Below are positions 8,213-16,531 of a stretch of 58,615 bases of DNA, piece by piece. Made by a program: the position numbers and the translations under genes. Location: the NCBI GenBank assembly GCA_041484265.1, contig JBGPHH010000001.1, positions 1-58,615 of the forward strand, in the 5' to 3' direction. This stretch comes from Vicinamibacteria bacterium (GTDB lineage Bacteria; Acidobacteriota; Vicinamibacteria; Vicinamibacterales; CAVVIG01). Below the pieces are notes generated by a model. It was not told where the DNA came from, did no database searches, and worked only from the letters and a program-made list of their open reading frames with translations. Positions within the stretch are counted from its first letter, which is position 1, and every line of letters starts with the position of its first letter.

Positions 8213-8869
8213 CTATTTCTTCGCCGGTTCCTTCAGAGTCTTTGGGGCAAAATCTTCGCTGCTTATGACAGGTGGGCCTTCGTAGGATTGATCGACGATC
8301 TGGATCGGAATGGCTCGTTGTTTGTTCGTGAAGACCTTCGCTAACGCCTTCCTGATAGTCAACAAGTCGTCCTCAAGCTCTCCCATCGCTACGGGCATGT
8401 AACTATTCCGCCGGATGGCAACCTTGTCAAAACTGAATTCACCTACACACTTCCCCATCTCGTGTAGAAGTGTGTAGAAGAGTTCGTCCCGGTTGGCGAA
8501 ATGAACCGGTTGCGCAGAGGCATCTGGTGGGGTGTTGTTGAGCGAGTCGAGATATTCCTTCCAAACGTCCAAAACTTTCTTGTCGGCATCATTTTTCGGG
8601 TCAAAAAGCAGCTCAATCGTGTTCAGAGCCTCTACGTGCCGAGGAGATAAACGACTTCCTCTGGTCGCCATCAATTCACGGAACAGATGTGTTCTTCGAG
8701 CCTTGGCTTGCCGTCTCCGCTCAAGGAACTCCTGAATCTGAACAGCTAGAATAGGGCCGAGTACGATGGCAATGATGGTCAGGACGCCAAGCCACATCGT
8801 TGCGTCCAATCCTAGAAATGTTAAGGGCGCAGCAGCAGAGGTCGAAGGCGTGGTGGGAGGCGCCTGCAT
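8213..8869 (-). CDS. Membrane-anchored hypothetical protein (single N-terminal TM)
   Basis: TM segment MWLGVLTIIAIVLGPILAV followed by a charged soluble domain. The start lies 4 nt downstream of the cas1-like stop. Lower GC. Confidence 0.6.
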   Translation of the reverse strand: MQAPPTTPSTSAAAPLTFLGLDATMWLGVLTIIAIVLGPILAVQIQEFLERRRQAKARRTHLFRELMATRGSRLSPRHVEALNTIELLFDPKNDADKKVLDVWKEYLDSLNNTPPDASAQPVHFANRDELFYTLLHEMGKCVGEFSFDKVAIRRNSYMPVAMGELEDDLLTIRKALAKVFTNKQRAIPIQIVDQSYEGPPVISSEDFAPKTLKEPAKK

Positions 8870-8872
8870 CGA

Positions 8873-10492
8873 CTAGATTCTAGCACTCGGTGACTGGCGC
8901 GTACTTCGCCGAGCGCTATGCTGCCGGTTCGCTCGCTTGACACGTAAGTGGTTCAGCGAGATACCCACGAGTCGTGCCAGCGTCAACCAATGTCGGGGAT
9001 GCGGCCGGCGCTGCCCCGTGCGAATGAGCTTCGCGTACGGCCACGAAACGCCGAGCGCTTCTGCAAGCGCCGAGGTCATGACGCTCGTGAGGCGCGGTCG
9101 AATCTCGTTCACGTATACCTGTTCTGTTATCCACGCCGGCTGATCTGACGCCTTCCACGCGCGCAGAGCGTCCGCCTGTCGCCGCCGAGTCGCGGACCGG
9201 CGCGCCTGTGCCTCTGGCCGCTGCGTCGCGATCCATGCCTGAGGCATGCCAGCACGGATTCTGTCGGCTGCAACAACCGGCACGCAGCCTCGGCAGTAAG
9301 TCCCGTGGTGGAGAGCCGCACCGCACCGCCGACAGATCCGGGGCGGGCGTGCGGGAGGTGTGATGGGAAGCACGAAGGAACCTTTCACTTCTCGCCGGCG
9401 GCGTTGGGTGAGCCGTGTGGCCAACCGCACCGACCGTTTATATCCTCGCACCGTCGACCACAACGCGTCGGTCACCCGCTCGGCTACGGGCGCAACCACG
9501 CGTCCCCACGCCGGTGCGGTTTCCGCCAGCGTGCGCGCCAGCTCTGCCATCAGGCGACATGACCCATTGCGCTGCTCGAAGAATCCGTCGCGGCGGAGCG
9601 GTTGACGGGTGATCCAATCGAGCAGGTAGGCGTCCACGTGTGGGCGGGCGGCTTCCATGAGATCGAGCGCCAGACTGTCCCTGGCATCGGTATCCACATG
9701 AAGCAATCCGAGACCGGGATCGAGACCGAGGGCCACGGCCGCGAGCCGGGCTTCAGATTCCAAGACCGCGTAGAGGTAGTTCAGCATGGCGTTGGCGGGA
9801 TTGACGGCGACGCGCGAGGAGCCTGATACAGGTGAACGGCGTGGACCGAATGTCCGCCAGTGCTCAGGGACCCGCCGAAGATCGCTGGTGGGAAACAGCA
9901 CGGGCACGTCCCGCCACGCCGACCAATAGGCGAGGGCGCCTTGGGCCTCGATGAGCCGAACGGCGCTCGGACTGTCGGCGGTGCGGAGCGCTTCGCGCGC
10001 CGACTCAATGATGTCGACGACGGCGGCCTGTCCGAGCCGTGCACGCGCCAACCGCGCTTGGCCGGCGAGCTTCTGATCGATCAGGTCTCGGATAATCGGA
10101 AGCGCTACACCGGTGTGATGGGCCAACGCCTGCGCGCGTCGCAGGCGCGCATCCAAGGGACCCACCGGGCCGGTCGCGACCAGCACTGACCCGCCGCGAT
10201 CAAGCATGACGAACGCCGCTTGCTGGTCCGCGAGCCAGCGGATCGCCGCCAGCGAAATCATGCCATCGTTGCCGACGACGACGAGCCGCCGCAAGCCGTG
10301 GCCGACACGAGCAAAACGCGCACGTTGCCGATCGGACGCGATGCCGTCCTCGATGGCGAGGTGCCCGCGCTCAACGCGCACCTTGATCCCGTAGCCGATC
10401 AAGGTCACGACGCCGTGGCGCGGAAGAAGCGGCGCGTCAGCGCGGAATTTGAGAGACGGAGAGTGTTGGTATAGCGTGAGCGCAGCTGCCAT
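8873..10492 (-). CDS. cas1: Cas1-family integrase (casposase-like) with C-terminal Zn-ribbon and HTH extension
   Basis: Diagnostic Cas1 core NPANAMLNYLYAVLESEARLAAVALGLDPGLGLLHVDTDARDSLALDLMEAARPHVD (E...H...E/D). N-terminal beta-domain GYGIKVRVERGHLAIEDG. C-terminal CRRCGAALHHGTYCRGC plus ALAEALGVSWPYAKLIRTG. Confidence 0.9.
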   Translation of the reverse strand: MAAALTLYQHSPSLKFRADAPLLPRHGVVTLIGYGIKVRVERGHLAIEDGIASDRQRARFARVGHGLRRLVVVGNDGMISLAAIRWLADQQAAFVMLDRGGSVLVATGPVGPLDARLRRAQALAHHTGVALPIIRDLIDQKLAGQARLARARLGQAAVVDIIESAREALRTADSPSAVRLIEAQGALAYWSAWRDVPVLFPTSDLRRVPEHWRTFGPRRSPVSGSSRVAVNPANAMLNYLYAVLESEARLAAVALGLDPGLGLLHVDTDARDSLALDLMEAARPHVDAYLLDWITRQPLRRDGFFEQRNGSCRLMAELARTLAETAPAWGRVVAPVAERVTDALWSTVRGYKRSVRLATRLTQRRRREVKGSFVLPITPPARPPRICRRCGAALHHGTYCRGCVPVVAADRIRAGMPQAWIATQRPEAQARRSATRRRQADALRAWKASDQPAWITEQVYVNEIRPRLTSVMTSALAEALGVSWPYAKLIRTGQRRPHPRHWLTLARLVGISLNHLRVKRANRQHSARRSTRQSPSARI

Positions 10493-10569
10493 AGGAACTA
10501 ATCCTTCCTGTGACGGTTAGGGTCTGTCGTCTGCTGATAACAGGCGGCAGGCCCGATTTCGTGTTACGT

Positions 10570-11826
10570 TCAGGGCTGGCTGAGAAGATTCACCTCGACG
10601 GATGTCGCTAGTGCGCGCTGCCGTTCCAGCAGATCGCGCTGCGCCATTTCTGCACGCACGATGTCTTCTTGGGTGCGAGGAACCGCGCACTTCTTCCAAA
10701 ATGTCGCGACAATGCGATAGGGCACGGCGGCGCGATCCTCCACCTCAACATCGGTGTCGTTGATGGCTTCACAGAGACAGAGCCAATCCCGTTCGAGCTG
10801 AGTTCGGACATGCTCGACCTGCAGGGCCTGAATCGTTGCCGGCAACGCCTGGAGCAAGGCGTCCTTCGTGTTGCGCCCCACCTGGGACCACGTGTCGTCA
10901 ATGAGTTCGAAGATCTGATACGTCGAGAACGGCCATCCTGAACTCGGCTCTTTGGCGCACTGCTGAAAGCCATAAGACGCGCTCACGTCGGGCAAGCCTG
11001 CCATCGCCCCGGCGAGATTCGGTGGATTCCGTGCGTGTTTTCTCGGTGACGTGATAAAGGCCAACAGCTCGTGCTGCACGTAGTACGCGACTTGATCGTC
11101 GCGTGTGGCCTCAAGCTCAAGACATTGCGGTCCAAGTCGATCCCACGCCAGTTGACGCTCGTCACGAACCGTCGTGCGGCGGCCGTGCTCGGTCCGCCAT
11201 GTCTCCTTGTCCGTGGATGCGCCATCCAACGCCCCCTGTGCGAGAGCGACCTGATCCTTCGCCGTTTGCAACTCGGACTGAAGGACTGATCGGCGTGTCA
11301 GCAGGTCGTTCAAGGCGCCTGTCGTCTTCTGAATGTCGGACCGGGACGCTTCTTGTGTGGTCTCTCTCAGGAATGGCGTCAGTCGATACCACCCTGGCAT
11401 CATGCGGGCCAACGGGCTCAGCGCCGCACGCAACGCCTCGATCGTTGTGGCACGTGGCAATGCCCAACCAACATCTCCCCATCCTTGGGCCAGGAGCCCC
11501 AGGAACTGCTCGCGATGATTCAACAACGTCTGTGCGTGAATCTCCTCGGGTCGGCCCCCGCGTGTCTTCGCTCGTTCCACAAATCCCTGAGGCTCACGAT
11601 GGCTCGCCTGCCTTTTGCGGCCACGCCCCCGTCGATACGTGCGAGCTTTCACCTCTCGCACAAGTTTCACATCGCGCGGCGACCAGAGCCGGACGCTACG
11701 CCCGTTGCGGATCACCGGCTTCGGCGCCCTCACTCGCTGCGTACGAATCCATTCTTGGAGCGTCACGCGGTCGATATGTACCTTCTGGGCAACCTCCTCG
11801 GTTGTGAGCCGTCGATCCGAAGCCAT
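10570..11826 (-). CDS. Excisionase/MerR-like HTH domain protein with a large uncharacterised C-terminal region
   Basis: N-terminus LTTEEVAQKVHIDRVTLQEWIRTQRV...RLWSPRDVKLV is HTH_17/excisionase-like. The remaining ~340 aa is unrecognised. Confidence 0.6.
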   Translation of the reverse strand: MASDRRLTTEEVAQKVHIDRVTLQEWIRTQRVRAPKPVIRNGRSVRLWSPRDVKLVREVKARTYRRGRGRKRQASHREPQGFVERAKTRGGRPEEIHAQTLLNHREQFLGLLAQGWGDVGWALPRATTIEALRAALSPLARMMPGWYRLTPFLRETTQEASRSDIQKTTGALNDLLTRRSVLQSELQTAKDQVALAQGALDGASTDKETWRTEHGRRTTVRDERQLAWDRLGPQCLELEATRDDQVAYYVQHELLAFITSPRKHARNPPNLAGAMAGLPDVSASYGFQQCAKEPSSGWPFSTYQIFELIDDTWSQVGRNTKDALLQALPATIQALQVEHVRTQLERDWLCLCEAINDTDVEVEDRAAVPYRIVATFWKKCAVPRTQEDIVRAEMAQRDLLERQRALATSVEVNLLSQP

Positions 11827-12086
11827 ATATGTAGTCTATTTTAGCAGAGTGCCAAGGCAGGCCATGAAGTCCACAGTCTCTCTATGTCAAGTGCCTAGAA
11901 ATACGGTTCGCTTTCTCTACGCTACATTAAAACTATGGGTCGGCCAGGCCTTGACTACATGAAAACTAGTACGCGATTCCTCAGCGTCCATCGCGCATTA
12001 CATGGAATTCGTCACCGGGCCTTCGATCGACCGCTCTCCAAGACCCAGGCCCTTCCGGAACGCGCGGTTATTGTCTTGTCAGAATC

Positions 12087-12662
12087 ATGCGACACAGGAC
12101 TCGTCAGGCCCACGCCCGCAAATCGACGCCGCGTCCGGCACGTCAGCGCCGAGCGCGTCGGCGTCACACCGTGCGCCAAGTCCACGCCAGTCCGCGTACG
12201 GCCAGAGCCGCGAACACCCGTGAGCGCGCGCTGAAGGCCTTGCGCCACATGCGACGGGGCGCGTCGCTGTCTACCGCCAGCCGCTCGGTCCAGATGAAGC
12301 CAGGCACCCTGCTGAAATACGCCGGTGGGGCCATCTACCAGGACAAGCCGGGCGGTCGCTTTCGCGCGACGCCGAGCGACCGACTGCGGCGGACATTGCA
12401 GGTGCCGACCGCGGAAGGTCGGCTCACCGTCCCGGTCACGGGCATTCGAGCGGCTCGCCGGTTCTCCGCGTACGAGAACGCCGTCGCCCATTTCCTGAGA
12501 ACCGGTGATGTGTCGAAGCTGGCACCGTTCACGGGCAAACGATTCCGGGTCGGGAAGCGGTCGATCGCGTTCCTCACGGACCCCACTATGCTGCGCACGC
12601 TAGCGGAAGCGGACCTGCTGCGGCTCGACCACCTCTATGCCTCGCTGGTCAGCCCCCTGTGA
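12087..12662 (+). CDS. Hypothetical protein with a highly basic N-terminus (start uncertain)
   Basis: ORF whose stop overlaps the HNH start (GTGA). The Arg-rich N-terminal ~50 aa may be over-extension. Possible HTH at ALKALRHMRRGASLSTASRSV. Confidence 0.45.
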   Translation: MRHRTRQAHARKSTPRPARQRRARRRHTVRQVHASPRTARAANTRERALKALRHMRRGASLSTASRSVQMKPGTLLKYAGGAIYQDKPGGRFRATPSDRLRRTLQVPTAEGRLTVPVTGIRAARRFSAYENAVAHFLRTGDVSKLAPFTGKRFRVGKRSIAFLTDPTMLRTLAEADLLRLDHLYASLVSPL

Positions 12663-12973
12663 CCATTGAGCACCTCGCTCTCTCGGCGCCCGCCAACGCC
12701 CCATGTTGCTTGTTCTGCGGAAGCACGCAGGACATCGAGTGGCATCACGTGGGCGGGCGACACCATGTCGCGTGGTTCGTGGTTCCGCTCTGTCGAACCC
12801 ACCATGAAGAGTTGACGCTGGCCCTTCAACGCGCTCCTGTGGACATGTCCTCTACGCCCGATCCGCAGGAACGCCGAAGACGCGCTCGTCGGGCTACGCT
12901 AGTGTTCCTATGGCTGCTGGACGAGGAACACCTCCCGCCCCCCAAGACATCTTTCTCCGGGCCCACACGGTAG
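12659..12973 (+). CDS. HNH-like endonuclease (small, Zn-finger type)
   Basis: CLFCGSTQDIEWHHVGGRHH...VPLCRTHHEEL gives CxxC ... HH ... CxxHH spacing typical of HNH/His-Me nucleases. Confidence 0.65.
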   Translation: MTIEHLALSAPANAPCCLFCGSTQDIEWHHVGGRHHVAWFVVPLCRTHHEELTLALQRAPVDMSSTPDPQERRRRARRATLVFLWLLDEEHLPPPKTSFSGPTR

Positions 12974-13638
12974 GACCTAAGAAGCGCCCGCCACGCCAGC
13001 GGAAAGACCCACGCTGGCCGAACGCCGTCCTCGTCTTCGACACTGAAACCACGCTCGACACCGAGCAAGCCCTCACGATCGGCGCCTATCGGCGCTGTCG
13101 GCTCGTGGACGGTACGTACGTGTGCGCCGAAGAGGGCGTATTCCACGCCGACACGATCGACGGCCGCCAGCGCGCGGTGCTCGATGCGTACATGCGTGAG
13201 GAGACCGCCGACATCGGCATCACGTCCTTTCCCCCAAGGCTGAAGCTGTCGCGCCACTCGCGCGCCGAGTTCGTCAAGCGTGTGTTCTGGACGGCGGTCC
13301 AGCGGGGCGAGATGGTCGTCGGATTCAATCTGCCCTTCGATCTATCGCGTCTCGCTGTGCAATGGCCCACAGGGCATCACGGGAGCTGGTCCTTGGTGCT
13401 CTCCCTCCGGCGTTCTCGCAAGACGAAGCGGCTTGAAGCCAATCCGTACCGGCCACGCGTGCGCGTGACCGCGACGGACAGTCAGTCGGCCTTTATCACC
13501 GCCACCCTCCCGTATCTCCCAGGGGAATGGGCCGAGGGGCGGTTTCTCGATCTGCACACCCTCGCGAAAGCGCTGTATGACGAGTCCTCTCGTTGGATAG
13601 CCTGCATGAGCGACTGTTTGGCGTCCCAGGCAAAGTAG
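12910..13638 (+). CDS. polB: Family B DNA polymerase, N-terminal 3'-5' exonuclease part (frame 1, ends prematurely)
   Basis: Exo I VLVFDTETTLD and Exo II VVGFNLPFDLSRL. The frame breaks near 13588..13592. Confidence 0.8.
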   Translation: MAAGRGTPPAPQDIFLRAHTVGPKKRPPRQRKDPRWPNAVLVFDTETTLDTEQALTIGAYRRCRLVDGTYVCAEEGVFHADTIDGRQRAVLDAYMREETADIGITSFPPRLKLSRHSRAEFVKRVFWTAVQRGEMVVGFNLPFDLSRLAVQWPTGHHGSWSLVLSLRRSRKTKRLEANPYRPRVRVTATDSQSAFITATLPYLPGEWAEGRFLDLHTLAKALYDESSRWIACMSDCLASQAK

Positions 13639-15800
13639 AGGACTACCAGCCCACGGGTCGCATCTCCGCGGAGGAACTCACGTACTGCCGTCAGGACGTC
13701 CGCGCCACGACCGCGGTCCTCAACGAGTTGAAGCGGGAGTTCGATCGACATCCCTTGCCGAAGCTCTATCCGGACAAGGCCTACTCACCGGCATCCATCG
13801 CGAAAGCGTACCTCGATGCGATGGGCGTCATGCCGCCCAAGCAGAAGTTCAACGTGTCCGATCGCGTGCTCGGGATTGCGATGCAGGCGTACTACGGCGG
13901 ACGCGCCGAATGCCGCATCCGTCGGGTGCCGGTGCCGATCGTGCACACCGATTTCACGAGTCAATATCCCACGGTAAACGCGCTGCTCGACAACTGGAAG
14001 GTGTTGACGGCCCAGCGGCTCCGCGTGGAAGACGCCACGGCCGAGGTCCGAGCGCTCGTCAAGACGGTGACGCTGGACGACACGTTCAGCCAGGACTTCT
14101 GGAAAGACCTGTCGTTCTTTGCGCGCGTGCGACCCGATCGGGACATCTTCCCCGTCCGCACGGTCTACAACGGCCAAACGCAGAATATCGGGATCAATCG
14201 ACTGACGTCAGAACAGCCGCTCTGGTTCGCCGGGCCGGATGTCATCGCCGCCACGCTATTAGGGGGTAAGGCTCCACACATCGAAGAGGCTATTCGTCTA
14301 GTGCCGGAGGGCACGCAGGAAGGCCTGCACCCGACCAACGTGCGCGGCATGGTCGCAATCGATCCGCACACACAGGACTTCTTCCGTCACCTGGTCAAGC
14401 AACGAAAACAGCATGCAGCGGATGAATCGCTCGCGGCCTTTCTCAAGACGCTGGCAAATGCAGGGAGCTATGGCCTGTTCGTGGAACTCAACCCGGAAAA
14501 GCCATCGAAACCTGTCCCCCTGACGGTGTATTCCGGCGACACATCCTTTGTGCTCCCACGCTCACCTCTCGTCGAACAACCAGGGCCCTGGTATTTTCCA
14601 CCGATTGCGGCCCTCATCACGGCAGGTGGGCGACTCCTGCTGGCGATGCTCGAAGGCTGCGTCGAGAAGGCTGGCGGCACGTATCTCTTCTGTGACACCG
14701 ATTCGCTCTGCATCGTCGCGTCCGCGCATGAACAGCTCGTCTCGTGTCCCGGTGGCTCTCGTCAGTGGGAGAGACCGGACGCCATCAAGGCCCTTTCCCG
14801 AGCACAGGTGGTCGAGATCGCGAACCGGTTTACCGCGCTGAACCCCTACGAGACCACACACGTCCCTGGGTCGATTCTCCGGATTGTGGAGATCAACAAT
14901 GACGCGGCCGGTCGACCGCGACATTTGTTCGGGTACGCGATTTCCGCGAAGCGATACGCGCTGTATGAGCACGCGGGCGACGCTGTGGCGATCATCGACC
15001 CGAAGGCGCACGGGCTCGGCTACCTGTATCCGCCGAAAGCGATAGAGAAGGACGATGAGGACGCGCTGGACTGGACCTTCGAGGCGTGGGAGTGGTTGGT
15101 GCGCGACGCCTTGGACTTGCCCGCCACGGACCCGACGTGGCTCCAGCTCCCCGCGATGATGCGTGTGGTGCTGAGCACACCGCTGGTCCTGGAGCGGCTG
15201 AACCGTCGCACCCGTCCGTACAACTTTCTCTTCTGCCCGCTCATCATGGGCTATCCGGCAGGTGTCGATCCGAAACGATTCACGCTGATCGCCCCCTTCA
15301 CGAAACGACGCGAGCGGTGGCTCGACTCCCGATGTATCAACGTGTACGACGGCACGCCGTACAGCCTGGCGCTGCAACAGACCGAGAAACTCGACAAGGT
15401 GATTCCGCAGACGTTCGGCTCCATCCTGCGGCGGTATCGGGACCATCCCGAGGCGAAGTCGCTCGCACCCGATGGCACCCCGTGCACGGCTGACACGCAG
15501 GGCCTCCTGAAACGGGCATCGGTCATCGCGGGAGCACATCGGTATGTGGGCAAAGAGACCGATCGGCGCTGGGTGCACGGGGAACACCTGAGTCTGTTGG
15601 AATCGCGACTCATCGCCTACGAGGCCGCTGGTGGGATGGTGGTGGCCGATGCGGAAATCCGGCGACAACTCGACGCGTTGGGGATGCGCGAAGCGATGCG
15701 ACGGGGCGTGAGCCAGCACACGCAGGAGAAGATCCTGGATGGTCAGCCCGTCCGCCGCGCGACCCTGCTACGGGTCATCGCAGCGCTGAACCGCGACTGA
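13593..15800 (+). CDS. polB: Family B DNA polymerase, Exo III + polymerase part (frame 3)
   Basis: Exo III LTYCRQDVRAT, Pol A VHTDFTSQYPTV, Pol B KTLANAGSYGLF, Pol C YLFCDTDSLCI, KxY SAKRYALY. Confidence 0.85.
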   Translation: MDSLHERLFGVPGKVEDYQPTGRISAEELTYCRQDVRATTAVLNELKREFDRHPLPKLYPDKAYSPASIAKAYLDAMGVMPPKQKFNVSDRVLGIAMQAYYGGRAECRIRRVPVPIVHTDFTSQYPTVNALLDNWKVLTAQRLRVEDATAEVRALVKTVTLDDTFSQDFWKDLSFFARVRPDRDIFPVRTVYNGQTQNIGINRLTSEQPLWFAGPDVIAATLLGGKAPHIEEAIRLVPEGTQEGLHPTNVRGMVAIDPHTQDFFRHLVKQRKQHAADESLAAFLKTLANAGSYGLFVELNPEKPSKPVPLTVYSGDTSFVLPRSPLVEQPGPWYFPPIAALITAGGRLLLAMLEGCVEKAGGTYLFCDTDSLCIVASAHEQLVSCPGGSRQWERPDAIKALSRAQVVEIANRFTALNPYETTHVPGSILRIVEINNDAAGRPRHLFGYAISAKRYALYEHAGDAVAIIDPKAHGLGYLYPPKAIEKDDEDALDWTFEAWEWLVRDALDLPATDPTWLQLPAMMRVVLSTPLVLERLNRRTRPYNFLFCPLIMGYPAGVDPKRFTLIAPFTKRRERWLDSRCINVYDGTPYSLALQQTEKLDKVIPQTFGSILRRYRDHPEAKSLAPDGTPCTADTQGLLKRASVIAGAHRYVGKETDRRWVHGEHLSLLESRLIAYEAAGGMVVADAEIRRQLDALGMREAMRRGVSQHTQEKILDGQPVRRATLLRVIAALNRD

Positions 15801-15940
15801 GGTTACGATAGTCGGACTCAATAATTTCTCATCAGGCGCTGGGATCACGGAAGACGTAGAGCGGATAGTTGCCCTGGCTCCTGAGCAGCGGCTATCCGCG
15901 AGGGTTGCTCTAGGGTGGTGAACAAGCGACAGGAGAAGAC

Positions 15941-16342
15941 ATGAGATCTGCTGCGTTGCTCTTTGCTCTCTTCAGCGTCGTGGTCGGGGTGATAGGCCTC
16001 GTCGTACCCGACAGCCTGATGGCGATGATGAGACAGTCCATGATTACGCCGGCCGGACTCTACGCATTCCTGGCCCTTCGCGTCGCTGTGGGGCTCCTGA
16101 TGATTCTGGTTGCCCCGACCTCTCGTGCGCCGAAGACCTTGCGCGCGTTTGGGGCCGTGGTGGCGCTGCAGGGACTCGCGCTGCCGTTTGTCGGGATCGA
16201 GCGCACGCAACTGGTTCTCGAATGGGAGACGAGCCTGGGAACCGCAGTCCTGCGCGGCGGGGCTGTGCTGGCCTTGGCCGTCGGCAGTTTCATCGCGTTT
16301 GCTGTTACACCTGTCCGGCGCCCTACGGGCGGAGCAAAGTAG
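15941..16342 (+). CDS. Small multi-pass membrane protein (hypothetical)
   Basis: Four hydrophobic segments (e.g. LLFALFSVVVGVIGLVV and GLLMILVAP). 133 aa. Confidence 0.55.
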   Translation: MRSAALLFALFSVVVGVIGLVVPDSLMAMMRQSMITPAGLYAFLALRVAVGLLMILVAPTSRAPKTLRAFGAVVALQGLALPFVGIERTQLVLEWETSLGTAVLRGGAVLALAVGSFIAFAVTPVRRPTGGAK

Positions 16343-16531
16343 TCCAGGAATTCTCTACGGTGCCAGGTCATTCGAGCGCATACTTTAGGGGCCTTACGCC
16401 TTTGGCCCTCTGGCGCGAGCGGTGCCGAGTCCATGAGGGCGTGTAGAACGAAGGAATAGGGTCATGCACCGCGTAGTTCGCCAGCTTTCACCCGACTCGC
16501 CCGTCACCGCGCTCGCGGAATAGCGCGTCCA

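Noticed and set aside
13579-13600. Programmed -1 ribosomal frameshift joining the two polB ORFs
   Set aside because: The direction of the shift fits -1, but there is no slippery heptamer or obvious downstream structure at the junction. A mutation or assembly error is more likely. It is kept only as a minor alternative in the finding.
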